A program made the position numbers and the translations under genes. From positions 8,684-72,683 of the forward strand of contig JAWCQO010000001.1 in assembly GCA_038869735.1 (NCBI GenBank): a DNA stretch of 64,000 nt, read 5' to 3'. Under the pieces are notes generated by a model that did no database searches, was not told the origin of the DNA, and was given only the letters and a program-made list of their open reading frames with translations. Position 1 is the stretch's first letter; each line of letters begins with the position of its first letter. This DNA is from Candidatus Anstonellales archaeon. GTDB taxonomy: Archaea > Micrarchaeota > Micrarchaeia > Anstonellales > CG1-02-47-40. Positions 29,650-39,285 of the stretch are shown here, piece after piece.

Positions 29650-29782
29650 AGCCTCTGGCGAGGATTGCACTCGCGACCTCGTCCTTTCTGGACATATTGA
29701 TTGGATTTATTGACTTCTTGTTGGATATATCAACGTTCTTGTGCATACCAAGGACGCGCTCTAACTACTGAGCTACAGAGGC
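29650..29782 (-). tRNA. tRNA-Thr (GGU) with a ~60-nt intron after position 37.
   Basis: Minus-strand fold: acceptor GCCTCTG/CAGAGGC, D arm GCTC..GAGC, anticodon stem CGTCC/GGACG, loop TTGGTA|intron|A, T arm GCGAG-TGCAATC-CTCGC, discriminator U. The 5' half is nearly identical to the Thr(CGU) gene at 44243. Confidence 0.6.
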
Positions 29783-29807
29783 ACGTATAATTTAGTTGTT
29801 TAACATC

Positions 29808-31070
29808 TTATGCTTTAATAGTTTCTTCTCTTCTTGGACCTAGTGAGATAATCGAGACAGGAACTTGACAAAAGTCAGAAATAAAATTGATGTATTCCTT
29901 GCAGTTTGAGTCAAGTTGCTCAAAACTTTTTATTCCTTGGTTGAGGCCCCAACCAGAAAACTCTTTATATATAGGAACGCATTGGGATAAAATGGACGGT
30001 TGGGAAGGATAGGAAGTTAATGTTTTTCCTTTGTATTCATATGCGATACATGCTTTTATTTTGTGGATTCCTGAGAGAGTGTCGATTTTAGTAAGTGCGA
30101 TTTCATCGACGCCGTTTAATCTACAGGCATATTTTACTGCAACTAAGTCAAGCCAACCTATTCTTCGTGGCCTACCAGTAGTTGTACCGTATTCACTGCC
30201 TTTATTGCGTATGTAATTTGCTTGTTTTTTTGGCAATTCCGTCGGAAGAGGACCGTTACCTACACGTGAAGTGTAAGCCTTAACTACACCTATGATTTTT
30301 CCGATCTTTTTAGGTGAGAGGCCAACTCCTGTGCAAACGCCACCTGCAATTACACTTGAAGAGGTGCAGAAGGGGTAAACTCCGTGGTCAATATCTAACA
30401 GTGCGCCCTGTGCCGCTTCAAACAAGACGCTTTTGCCATTGTCTATAGCTTCATTTACTTCTGCTGAGACGTCTGAACCATATTTTTTTAATTTTGTACC
30501 ATATTCTATGTATTCTTTAGAGAAGTCTTTAAACTCGCTAGTTTCTTTGATTGGATAGAGAGATAACAATTTCTTTACTCGTTTATAAGCAAACTCCATC
30601 TTTTTCTTTATTAGGTATTTATTTATTAGATCCTCAAACCGGATGCCTACGCGTGCATACTTATCTGCGTAAGCTGGGGCGATTCCGCTTCTGGTTGACC
30701 CTGCACCTCTTTTTCCTTGTACACTATCCTCTAGTTTATCCAAAATGCGATGATATGGAGTGATTATATGTGTTTTATAGTCTATGCCTAAGTTTACCTG
30801 TATGCCTAAACTCTTCAGTGAGTCTATTTCTGAGAGGGTAACTGAAGGGTCAAGAACTACTCCCGAACCTATTAAGACTCTCTTTCCCGATATGACTCCG
30901 CAAGGAAGTAGATGAAATCTGTAAGTTTTGTTGTCTACGATAACTGTATGCCCTGCATTATTGCCCCCATTAAAGCGAACAACTAAATCTGCTGAGGCGG
31001 CGAGATAATCTGCTATTTTCCCTTTTCCTTCATCTCCCCATTGAAGACCAACAACTACGGTGGATGACAA
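29808..31070 (-). CDS. purA: Adenylosuccinate synthetase.
   Basis: N-terminal GLQWGDEGKGK P-loop; 420 aa. Confidence 0.95.
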   Translation of the reverse strand: MSSTVVVGLQWGDEGKGKIADYLAASADLVVRFNGGNNAGHTVIVDNKTYRFHLLPCGVISGKRVLIGSGVVLDPSVTLSEIDSLKSLGIQVNLGIDYKTHIITPYHRILDKLEDSVQGKRGAGSTRSGIAPAYADKYARVGIRFEDLINKYLIKKKMEFAYKRVKKLLSLYPIKETSEFKDFSKEYIEYGTKLKKYGSDVSAEVNEAIDNGKSVLFEAAQGALLDIDHGVYPFCTSSSVIAGGVCTGVGLSPKKIGKIIGVVKAYTSRVGNGPLPTELPKKQANYIRNKGSEYGTTTGRPRRIGWLDLVAVKYACRLNGVDEIALTKIDTLSGIHKIKACIAYEYKGKTLTSYPSQPSILSQCVPIYKEFSGWGLNQGIKSFEQLDSNCKEYINFISDFCQVPVSIISLGPRREETIKA

Positions 31071-31104
31071 GAAAGCACCCTACAAATTAAGGATATATGT
31101 ATTT

Positions 31105-32061
31105 TTATTTCTGTAGTTTTTCTAATACACGCCCCTTGCAAAAAGAGAGGATCTCTTCTGCCTTTTCTGGACAATCTCCGTCATAACCTGCTGCATACGG
31201 GTGGCCTCCTCCACTTCCTCCAAATACCGCTGAAACTTGGCTCATTATTGAGGAAAGGTCAACGACACTCATCCCTGCTCTGCTTACTCTTGCAGAAATT
31301 CTCAGCTGCTTTTTTCCCTTGTGGGCTACGAATGCGAAATCAGCACCAGCATACACCAAAGTTGATGCTACATGTGCCTCAAAGGAGTTTACGATAGCAG
31401 TAACTACTAAAAAGTTGCCTTTTCTTTCAAAGTTGACTCCTTGCATTGCACGCAGCATTTCAAAACGCTGGGATATGTCTGTTGGAGTATGGATTTGTTC
31501 AAGAAGCTCGTAATAAGTAATACCTGCTTTGCAGAGGAGTCGGCTAACGGTCTGGAAGGTTTTGTTGCTTGCACTTCTAAAGTGCGCGCTGTCTGAAACT
31601 ATACCTGCAAGAAGACATAGGGCTATTTTCTTGGTTATTTTGGTTTGTGGGATTAATGAGCAGAGAACTTCGCAGGTTGCGCACGAGTTAGGGTCGATTA
31701 CTGAAGTTGTAGAAGGGATAAGATCCTGATGAGGCGGGTGATGATCAATAATCAAATCAACCTTATCAGCCTTTAGATTGGGTACCAGAATACGAGAATT
31801 ACAGTCAAGTAATACTATTGATGAGAAGTTCGAGAGATTTGCTTCTGAGATACGCTCTATTTTGATGCCCAGACTTTCTGCAAGTTTGCGTGATTCAGCA
31901 TTTATGGAATCCTGCATGAAGATTGTGGATTTTGGTAAAAAAAAGTAAAGGGCAGAGGCCGAAGCAACTGCATCTAGATCCCCTTGCGAATGAAAAGTGA
32001 GTAAGACATTTGAGCTATAAAGTCTTTTGAGTGGGTTCACATGCATCTTAATTTTTCTCAC
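31105..32061 (-). CDS. DHH/DHHA1 phosphoesterase (NrnA-like nanoRNase / pAp phosphatase).
   Basis: DHH motif LIIDHHPP and DHHA1 motif GGSGGGHPYAAG; 318 aa. Confidence 0.7.
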   Translation of the reverse strand: MRKIKMHVNPLKRLYSSNVLLTFHSQGDLDAVASASALYFFLPKSTIFMQDSINAESRKLAESLGIKIERISEANLSNFSSIVLLDCNSRILVPNLKADKVDLIIDHHPPHQDLIPSTTSVIDPNSCATCEVLCSLIPQTKITKKIALCLLAGIVSDSAHFRSASNKTFQTVSRLLCKAGITYYELLEQIHTPTDISQRFEMLRAMQGVNFERKGNFLVVTAIVNSFEAHVASTLVYAGADFAFVAHKGKKQLRISARVSRAGMSVVDLSSIMSQVSAVFGGSGGGHPYAAGYDGDCPEKAEEILSFCKGRVLEKLQK

Positions 32062-32115
32062 CCTAATTGGTCTTTTAGAGATTTTTGATTTCTTACTTTT
32101 TTGTTACTCTTTCTG

Positions 32116-32460
32116 TTAATAAGCTTCTTTTTTTGATTCTGCTCGTTCTACGGTTTCCTTTATCTCATTCATTCTTTTGGTTATTCTTTCTTCTTGCTTT
32201 TCTATCATTTTCGCTCTGAGTTTAATGGCTTCAACTTGAGCATCAAGTGCTGCAGCGGTATCTTTAGGGTTAGATTCTATGAGAACACCGCCTACCGCCC
32301 GAAATATTTGGCCTTTTGCTGACTTCAATTCTTCCTTTGCGACTTTTATTTCTTCTTCTTGAAGAAGTAGCTGTTGCTTTTGCCCAATCACGGCTAACAG
32401 TTGGCGTTGAAGGTTCTGAAATTCGTTTATTGCATCAGCAATATTTACCACACAAATCAC
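32116..32460 (-). CDS. pfdB: Prefoldin beta subunit.
   Basis: 114-aa all-coiled-coil protein at the position prefoldin beta occupies in the archaeal exosome superoperon. Confidence 0.7.
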   Translation of the reverse strand: MICVVNIADAINEFQNLQRQLLAVIGQKQQLLLQEEEIKVAKEELKSAKGQIFRAVGGVLIESNPKDTAAALDAQVEAIKLRAKMIEKQEERITKRMNEIKETVERAESKKEAY

Positions 32461-32491
32461 CCGCCATCAATAAAACCTATTCATATTCTAA

Positions 32492-32749
32492 CTATTCTCT
32501 CACCTTTGTTTCATCTATCTCATCTACATCTTTTATTACTTGTGCAAGCCTTAAGATTGAATTGAGATGAGCTCGAAGTGCTACTAAGTCTTTGGAGCTA
32601 ATGGTTATTATTAAAGTTTTGCCAGATAGAGACATTGAGAGTGAGCTTCTATTTTTATTTTCTTCTTCACAAGAAAGTGAAGAGTAAGCGTTTTTGGCTG
32701 TCTTATTGTCCGGAAATGAAAGCTCAAGAGTGCATTTATGTTGATGCAT
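32492..32749 (-). CDS. pcc1: KEOPS complex subunit Pcc1.
   Basis: ~85 aa with a C-terminal ..LRAHLNSILRL.. Pcc1-like helix. Its ATG overlaps the rpoP stop (TAATG). Confidence 0.6.
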   Translation of the reverse strand: MHQHKCTLELSFPDNKTAKNAYSSLSCEEENKNRSSLSMSLSGKTLIITISSKDLVALRAHLNSILRLAQVIKDVDEIDETKVRE

Positions 32750-32901
32750 TACAATTCATCACTCCTCTGTCAGTCCGTGGTGATTGTCTTTGCAACTGGT
32801 TTTCTTTTTTTGTAAAGAATTCGTGAGCCGCATTTTGTGCAACGCACAGATTTTCCAGACAGCGCCTTTATCTCTTCTTTACATTTTCTGCACACATACA
32901 T
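32749..32901 (-). CDS. rpoP: DNA-directed RNA polymerase subunit P (RpoP/Rpb12), 50 aa.
   Basis: Manual translation MYVCRKCKEEIKALSGKSVRCTKCGSRFF.. gives the CxxC-x15-CxxCG zinc ribbon typical of RpoP. Absent from the track (under 60 aa). Sits between rpl37ae and pcc1, as in other archaea. Confidence 0.7.
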
Positions 32902-32917
32902 CAGAATACCACCTTTC

Positions 32918-33157
32918 TCAAGAATGTGACATTTCTTCTAAAAGCTTTTTTATGTGAGAGCCGGCTTCGCTTGAGAGGGAATAAGCTGCACCTGCAATCA
33001 TTGTAGCACATGCGCGACATTTCCATATAGAGAAAGAAACTCGCTTGACTCTTTTCTTACCGCACTTAGGGCATATGTACTTAAAGCGTTTTGAAATATT
33101 CGCCTTTGCAGCTAACTCTCGAAGAGATGCTCCTCCTCTAACGGCTTGCTTGACCAT
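32918..33157 (-). CDS. rpl37ae: Ribosomal protein L37Ae (eL43).
   Basis: CPKCGKK...CRAC zinc ribbon; 79 aa. Confidence 0.9.
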   Translation of the reverse strand: MVKQAVRGGASLRELAAKANISKRFKYICPKCGKKRVKRVSFSIWKCRACATMIAGAAYSLSSEAGSHIKKLLEEMSHS

Positions 33158-33161
33158 TTGC

Positions 33162-33956
33162 TCACCCTTTGTTCAGTATATTTCTTAACTCGTCTCCCTT
33201 TTTAAAGGCAAGATCTATGAGCATAAGAACCTCATCTTTTGAAAACGACCCCCATCCCCCTTTCTGCATCGAACAAACAAAACCAGGGATAGTTGAGATT
33301 GTAAGTCTACATTCCATCCCACGCTCTTCGTCAAGAGAGGGGTCAAGTAAAATGTGCTTGCCGAATTTTGCAAATGTACAGCTTACAACTTTTTCTTTGA
33401 TCTCGAGATTGCTACTGTATTCTCCAACTATTATCTCTCCGTTTTCGATCTTTGGTAATCTAGTTGAAGAAAGTGCAGCCATTCCTGCAAGCAAAGCAGC
33501 ATCGAAAAGATTGCCGTCGTGATCAAGAACATAAAGGTCAAGATATAAAGCAAGGACCTTTCCTTCTTCTATAAAAAATGACTTAAGGTCGAAGGTTTCT
33601 GAACTTCTGATTCCTCTATCAACGACGCGAGCTAATTCGATAGCCTCTGGAGAGGGAGGGCCCGGTTCAAACATAAAAGAGCCGATAGGGGTAAATTCGG
33701 CTGAAGTCGAAAAGATTCCTTCATTCGGCTTATCGGCAAATGGAGGAGCTATCCCGAATTTGATGCCTGCCAAAACTTGAGTCTTTCCTATTGAAGCAAG
33801 AGCTGATCCCTCGGCGTTTTCAAAAATATTTTTTTGAAGAGTTATTGGACGATATTCGTCCTCTTTTCTTCCATCAGGGCGCTCATTCTTTTCAAGAAGT
33901 CGCTTTATGTGGTCCTTTTTTATTTCTGCAAGAATATCTTCATTTGTCATTTCCAT
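33162..33956 (-). CDS. rrp42: Exosome complex component Rrp42 (RNase PH-like, inactive).
   Basis: RNase PH fold; 264 aa; positioned after rrp41. Confidence 0.85.
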   Translation of the reverse strand: MEMTNEDILAEIKKDHIKRLLEKNERPDGRKEDEYRPITLQKNIFENAEGSALASIGKTQVLAGIKFGIAPPFADKPNEGIFSTSAEFTPIGSFMFEPGPPSPEAIELARVVDRGIRSSETFDLKSFFIEEGKVLALYLDLYVLDHDGNLFDAALLAGMAALSSTRLPKIENGEIIVGEYSSNLEIKEKVVSCTFAKFGKHILLDPSLDEERGMECRLTISTIPGFVCSMQKGGWGSFSKDEVLMLIDLAFKKGDELRNILNKG

Positions 33957-33972
33957 AAGATTTCACCTTAAT

Positions 33973-34725
33973 CTAAAGAGAAAGGTCAAGAGCGTTTCCT
34001 TCTTGGGGTCGATCTTCATACACTTTTCGAAGGGCCTCAGCCTGCAACTCCGACACTTTAAAGCAAGCTTTTTGAGCCATTGAAAGCCCTTTTTTTATTT
34101 CCTCTTTTGTTAGCCGCCCGTCCATCTGCAAGAGAAGGATTTCGCCGTTTCGACGAGAGAATGCAACTGGCATATCAGATTCGCCAAAGTTGTCCTCATC
34201 CTTTGAGAGGTCCAACACGATTTCTCCCCCAACTTTCCCTACTGCTACTGCCGAAACTAGGTCTTTTATGGGGATGCCAGCATCAGCAAGAGCAACGGAT
34301 GCGGCAGTTATTGCAGCGCACCTCGTGCCGCCGTCTGATTGTAATACCTCAATATAGATATCTATCTGGGTTCGAGGGTACGCTTCAGCTATTATTACGT
34401 TCTCAAAAACTTCCTTTATAACTTTTGACAGCTCTATGCTCCTACGAGAAGGCCCGCTTTTACCATGCTCTTCAAGAGAACAAAAGGGTGCCATATTATA
34501 GCGGCATCGTATTATAGCTGTGTAAGGCGAAGCTTCGTGCTTTGGGATGCATTCGCGGGGACCGTATACGCCAGCCAAAATCTTATTTTTTCCCCAGTGA
34601 ACATAAGCAGAGCCGTTTGCTCCATTTAGCACTCGGGCTTTGATTTTGAGAGGCCGAAGATCTTCTGCCCCTCGTCCATCTAGTCTTTTTCCGTCATTGA
34701 TGAGTTGTTTTTCCATCTTAATCAC
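33973..34725 (-). CDS. rrp41: Exosome complex exonuclease Rrp41 (RNase PH).
   Basis: RNase PH domain with a phosphate-binding region; 250 aa. Confidence 0.9.
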   Translation of the reverse strand: MIKMEKQLINDGKRLDGRGAEDLRPLKIKARVLNGANGSAYVHWGKNKILAGVYGPRECIPKHEASPYTAIIRCRYNMAPFCSLEEHGKSGPSRRSIELSKVIKEVFENVIIAEAYPRTQIDIYIEVLQSDGGTRCAAITAASVALADAGIPIKDLVSAVAVGKVGGEIVLDLSKDEDNFGESDMPVAFSRRNGEILLLQMDGRLTKEEIKKGLSMAQKACFKVSELQAEALRKVYEDRPQEGNALDLSL

Positions 34726-35335
34726 CGTTATTTGAAAGAAATGTATCTATTCGGTCAGTGAGGCCGCTTATGTGAGCTTCTCTTTCTATTTTTGCCAGAG
34801 TTTTAATTGCAAGAACTGTTTTTCCTGGGCCTATCCAGACGTTGCCGTTTCTGCCAACAACAAGCTCGCAACCTGTCTTTGAGCGTATCAACTGAAGCAT
34901 AGAGTTCTTTTTTCCTATCAGCCGCGGAATTTTTACAGGCGGGAATTTGACCACTGTGCCTCCGCGAAGAAGGCGCGGTTCTTCTAGAGAGATGTTTTTG
35001 ACCTCGTCGACAAACCGAATCGTTGCGGAGAGATAATCCCCAAGCTCGAATTTGTCACGACAATCGCGAACAGAAAGAAAGCCGGGGTAGGGGGTATTTA
35101 GCCAGATGTCGTAACCTGCAAACCTCACACCTACGATGATTCCAACTACAAAGTCCCCCTCAACTGGATTGTATGGACCTTGAAGAGGGATTAGTTTTCC
35201 ATCAGGACCCTTAAGAGCAAGAACGGAGGAGAATGTTTTGCCTCCTTCTATGTAGGCGTAGTTAATGTGAAGAGGTGAGTTTGATACTAACTCGCCGGGG
35301 ACTACTATTTCAGCCATTAAGTTTGCTTTTGGCAT
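34718..35335 (-). CDS. rrp4: Exosome RNA-binding subunit Rrp4 (S1 + KH).
   Basis: S1-like then KH-like regions; 205 aa; 8-nt overlap with rrp41. Confidence 0.75.
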   Translation of the reverse strand: MPKANLMAEIVVPGELVSNSPLHINYAYIEGGKTFSSVLALKGPDGKLIPLQGPYNPVEGDFVVGIIVGVRFAGYDIWLNTPYPGFLSVRDCRDKFELGDYLSATIRFVDEVKNISLEEPRLLRGGTVVKFPPVKIPRLIGKKNSMLQLIRSKTGCELVVGRNGNVWIGPGKTVLAIKTLAKIEREAHISGLTDRIDTFLSNNGD

Positions 35336-35349
35336 TATTTCTCAACTCC

Positions 35350-36045
35350 CTATTTATCAAGAAGTTTTGTTTGTGCGGCACCTGCTGTTTGCTTATTGAG
35401 TCGTTCGTAGAATTCGCCCTGCATACCTGCGGGAATTTCAACGACTACTATTAGTTCTCCTAATTTTGTCCATTCCTCCTTTTTAATACCATAATCTTTG
35501 AGAGTTCCATAAACCTTATGTGCGTAATCAGCAGGCACTTTTACTGCTATACTTACGCGCTCAAATTTGAGAGGTATTATGGGAGTAAGCTTTTTTATCA
35601 CTTCCTCAAGCTGTGCTTCTGGTGGTTTGAATGGGTCTATTCTAATTCCAGCTTCTTCCATAGCCTGCTCGATCCTTGAATATGTGTGAGGAGCCTTGGT
35701 GCGTGGGTCTATTGCTTCACGTAGTATTATCGCAATTATTCCTCTTCTTTTTTCTTCCATGAGCTTTTTCTTCTGTTCAGTTGTAAGTTGTATCTCTCCT
35801 TTTTGTAGTATTATCTGGGCTATTTGGTATACGTCCGTTGTGTTAAAGGCTTTTAGTAACTCTGAGTCTCTGTGTCTCTCTCCTTTACGAAAATCTGCGA
35901 ATACCTCCTCTGCAACAAGTACGTTTTGTAGGTCTTTTTTCTTTCCAATTTTGTAGTCGTATCCGTTCTGTTTATCCACTAGAATCTCGAAGCGTTTTCC
36001 CCTTATTTCAATGTGGGCAATAATTGAGTTTTCTAGACTTGACAT
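35350..36045 (-). CDS. sdo1: Ribosome maturation protein SBDS (Sdo1).
   Basis: 231 aa; conserved N-terminal FYSH-like domain; superoperon context. Confidence 0.8.
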   Translation of the reverse strand: MSSLENSIIAHIEIRGKRFEILVDKQNGYDYKIGKKKDLQNVLVAEEVFADFRKGERHRDSELLKAFNTTDVYQIAQIILQKGEIQLTTEQKKKLMEEKRRGIIAIILREAIDPRTKAPHTYSRIEQAMEEAGIRIDPFKPPEAQLEEVIKKLTPIIPLKFERVSIAVKVPADYAHKVYGTLKDYGIKKEEWTKLGELIVVVEIPAGMQGEFYERLNKQTAGAAQTKLLDK

Positions 36046-36063
36046 AATTATAAATTATATAAA

Positions 36064-36780
36064 TTATTTGAGATATTTTTCCAATTCTTTTTCAGATAAG
36101 ATTGAGAATTCTCTCTTCTTTACTGTTGCAAATGCTACTTCTACTCGAGAAGGAGATAACTCTTCTGTCGTCTTTTTTAGGGCTGAGATTGCAAGAGATA
36201 TCCCTTCTTCGATGTTTATGCTTTCTTTATACTCCTTCTCGAAGAAATCTTCTGCTTCTTTTTTTCCTGCTCCGATTGCATCTGCTAGAAAGCCGGTAAG
36301 TGCACCGGAAGGTTCAGCTTCATATAGAACAGGACGCTCGTCTTGAATTCCTGCTATCAAGAGAGCGACACCAAATGGACGAATTCCACCGTATTGAGTA
36401 TAAACCTGCATAAGATCGCAAATGTTTCTTGTTATCATTTCAACGGAAGCCGGCTCGGAATATGCAAGCCTGTGACGTTGTGCATCTAATCTTGCTATAT
36501 CCACTAGCCTTCGTGCATCGGCTATTAGTCCAGATGCTGTTGTTGCTATATGGGAATCTATTTCAAATATCTTTCTCATAGATGCTGGAACGAGCAATCG
36601 GCTAGGCGCCATCTTTGAAGCGGCAAGAACTACACCATCCTTTGCAACCAAACCAACAGCTGTAGCTCCCCGTTTTACTGCTTCTTTTGCGTATTCAACC
36701 TGAAAGAGCCTACCGTCGGGAGAAAATACGGTTATGGCGCGGTCGTATGCTTGGGGTGAAACTGGATACATAAGAAACAC
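36064..36780 (-). CDS. psmA: Proteasome alpha subunit.
   Basis: N-terminal [20 protein letters not shown] alpha-subunit signature; 238 aa. Confidence 0.9.
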   Translation of the reverse strand: MFLMYPVSPQAYDRAITVFSPDGRLFQVEYAKEAVKRGATAVGLVAKDGVVLAASKMAPSRLLVPASMRKIFEIDSHIATTASGLIADARRLVDIARLDAQRHRLAYSEPASVEMITRNICDLMQVYTQYGGIRPFGVALLIAGIQDERPVLYEAEPSGALTGFLADAIGAGKKEAEDFFEKEYKESINIEEGISLAISALKKTTEELSPSRVEVAFATVKKREFSILSEKELEKYLK

Positions 36781-36858
36781 CTCTTAAAATAGATAATGCA
36801 CGTAATGGTTAGTATTTAAGATTTAAAAGGATACCTAATGAGTTGTAATGGATTTGTT

Positions 36859-37182
36859 TTATTTGGTTTGAAGTGATTTGAGAGTGCCAGAAGAGGAGAG
36901 ACATTCTATCCTTGCTTCTTGCTCGCCTATACGGCCAGATATAGCAAAGGCACCTATGAGTCTTCCAAGGTTACTTCTTTCACAGCGAAGGATTCCTTCT
37001 TTTTTGTAAGGATTATATGAGATTAACTTAAATGCGAGGCGTGCAAACCCTTCCTGTCCAAAAAATGACAAGAGGTAAGAAAAGATGAAGTTTCTTACTT
37101 CTTTTTCATTAGTTAGTTCTGCATCCTTTCCAACAACTCTGAAAAGGAGGTACCTTTGCTTAAATCGCATAGTAGGTTTCAT
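36859..37182 (-). CDS. rnp2: RNase P protein component 2 (Pop5).
   Basis: 107 aa, RRM-like; position conserved between psmA and rpp30. Confidence 0.6.
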   Translation of the reverse strand: MKPTMRFKQRYLLFRVVGKDAELTNEKEVRNFIFSYLLSFFGQEGFARLAFKLISYNPYKKEGILRCERSNLGRLIGAFAISGRIGEQEARIECLSSSGTLKSLQTK

Positions 37183-37661
37183 TCTATTATCCTCTTCAAA
37201 GTTTTCATTTTTTCTCTCGACTCATTTTCGCTTAGGTCTAATAGTTCTCCAAATCCTATAAGCTCACGTGCATTTCTAAGCTCTATTTGCGACTGAGCAA
37301 GTGTGCAGGGAAAAAAGTCTGCGTTATATTTTTTACATATGCGCACAAAATTGCGCATCTTTGAAAGCAAAACTGCCTTCTGAATACCGGAAACGTTAAG
37401 AAGTGGCAAGATTGGAATTGCAAATGCGCCCTTTCCTTCAGCTACTGATTTTATAGCTCCCATAGATGGCTCAAAAGAAGTTAGATAGTAGATAATTTTT
37501 GCTTTTTTTGAAATTATTTTTGAGGGCGAATCTGTTTGTAAGAAAAGGGAAGGGGGTAATGATGGTATTGAATAGAGCTTTCTGATTCCTTTTGGCATTT
37601 GAGAGAAAACAGGTAATCTTACTAAATCAAACACGCGCCAAACCCCTATGTTTTCTTCCAC
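37179..37661 (-). CDS. rnp3: RNase P protein component 3 (Rpp30-like); shorter than usual.
   Basis: Assigned mainly from position in the exosome superoperon. 160 aa is short for a TIM-barrel Rpp30. Confidence 0.45.
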   Translation of the reverse strand: MEENIGVWRVFDLVRLPVFSQMPKGIRKLYSIPSLPPSLFLQTDSPSKIISKKAKIIYYLTSFEPSMGAIKSVAEGKGAFAIPILPLLNVSGIQKAVLLSKMRNFVRICKKYNADFFPCTLAQSQIELRNARELIGFGELLDLSENESREKMKTLKRIIE

Positions 37662-38118
37662 TGTGAGTTAAGCCACGGAAGGCTCTTCCCTTTTGTAGAT
37701 TAAGCTCTGGCACTTTTTCTGGAGAGATGAGGATAACTTCAAAGTACTTATAGTTACCATCTTGTCCCACCCAATAGGAGTTTAGCACTTCGTGTGGAGC
37801 AAACTTTCTTGCTGCTCTTACTTCTGCTTGAGCTTGCAAGGAGGTTGAGGGAGAAACAAACATAATGTTCTTACCTGGTTTTCTTCCTCCTTTTGGAGTG
37901 CGTCTTTTCCTTCTTCCTCTTGCAATGCGAACGCGGGCTATTACGTAACCTTCTTTTGCTTTGTAGCCTAATGTTCGGGCACGCGCAATGTTTGATGGGC
38001 AAGAGACTCTTGTGATTGCCGGTTCTTTCCTCCAAGCGTGAAGCCTTGTCCTATATGACTCAGACTTTTCTACGTAAGATTTTCTAAAGTTCATAGTTAT
38101 GTATTTATGTGCTCTCAT
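37627..38118 (-). CDS. rpl15e: Ribosomal protein L15e.
   Basis: Strongly basic, YVIARVRIARGRRKRRTPKGGRKPG; 163 aa. Confidence 0.9.
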   Translation of the reverse strand: MRAHKYITMNFRKSYVEKSESYRTRLHAWRKEPAITRVSCPSNIARARTLGYKAKEGYVIARVRIARGRRKRRTPKGGRKPGKNIMFVSPSTSLQAQAEVRAARKFAPHEVLNSYWVGQDGNYKYFEVILISPEKVPELNLQKGRAFRGLTHSGRKHRGLARV

Positions 38119-38211
38119 GCTGACCCTCCTAATTCCTAATTATTTATTTATATGCTACATTTTAGAGTGTATTGAGCCTTTGAAGGGAAAGAAATATTTT
38201 GCAATTGAGTA

Positions 38212-39228
38212 TTAAAAAGGCTTGTGTGAGATTCTTTTCATTGCTTCTTGAATATGTTCTTTTTTAAGGGACATCCTGACCGGCTGATAAGTGATAGTTT
38301 CAGTGCCATGGACAACCTTGCCGATTGAGAGGTTAATCTGTCTTGGTTGCTTTTCTTCATCTTCAAAAAGAATTTCAAAGTTTCCAACGATGCGATGCTT
38401 TTTTTTATTGTTCAGTTCGCTTATTGCGTTTATTATTTCTTCGTTTTCAAAGAAGTCTATGAGCGCCTCTTTCATGGATCGATGGAGAGCAAAAATTTTT
38501 GTATCTTGATTATTGAATGTGCTTTTAATGTAAACTTTACTATGGTCTATTAAAAGATGTCCTGAGTGGGCTGCGACCATTGCTTGAACAAGATGGGATT
38601 TAAGTCGCTCCAATCTTGCTCTTTTGGAGTTGGATTCGTAAGCCGTAAGAACTTTCTTTGCTGTTAATTCAAGCTTATTTAGATGCAGAAGAGCATTGGT
38701 AACTTCTAATATGACTTCCTCAACGTCGGCTTGTGGTGGAAGACTTAATTCGTGCGGATTTTGAAGCAGAAGATAGAGGTGATTAATGTTTGCTGTTTCT
38801 TTGGATATGAGTAATTCTAAGTCATGCGCTTTTGCAGCAAAATGGGGATATGGCAAATGCTTTATCTCTTCAACCTCTGCCTCAATTTTCGTTATATTGA
38901 AAATAGAGTCTTCGATTAGGCGGCTGAAGGCTTCTAAGTTTGCATCTAAAATAAGAGCGTGTAGGTCTCTCTTTAGTTGGTTCATTTCTTTTTTTAGGTT
39001 TTTGCAAAAACATAGCACAGATACAAACTCCTTTGGAGAAGAGGAGTTGGGATTTTCTAATTCTTGGAGTTTTTTGCTAGTTTGCAAAAGAAGTGAATTA
39101 GAAGCTGAAAGTATCTCTTCTTTTTCTTTGTGCGTTATGTGAGTGAGATATCCGAGAATCTTTTTTATATGCTTTTTGAGGTTTTTGATATACCATTCTG
39201 CTTCGGTAATCCACCTTTTTTTGTACAC
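38212..39228 (-). CDS. Hypothetical alpha-helical protein.
   Basis: ORF only; no recognisable motif. Confidence 0.4.
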   Translation of the reverse strand: MYKKRWITEAEWYIKNLKKHIKKILGYLTHITHKEKEEILSASNSLLLQTSKKLQELENPNSSSPKEFVSVLCFCKNLKKEMNQLKRDLHALILDANLEAFSRLIEDSIFNITKIEAEVEEIKHLPYPHFAAKAHDLELLISKETANINHLYLLLQNPHELSLPPQADVEEVILEVTNALLHLNKLELTAKKVLTAYESNSKRARLERLKSHLVQAMVAAHSGHLLIDHSKVYIKSTFNNQDTKIFALHRSMKEALIDFFENEEIINAISELNNKKKHRIVGNFEILFEDEEKQPRQINLSIGKVVHGTETITYQPVRMSLKKEHIQEAMKRISHKPF

Positions 39229-39285
39229 CCAGATCCACCAAGAAAAGATAAGTGAGGCCGATTAATAAAGATTTCTTCTATTCCT

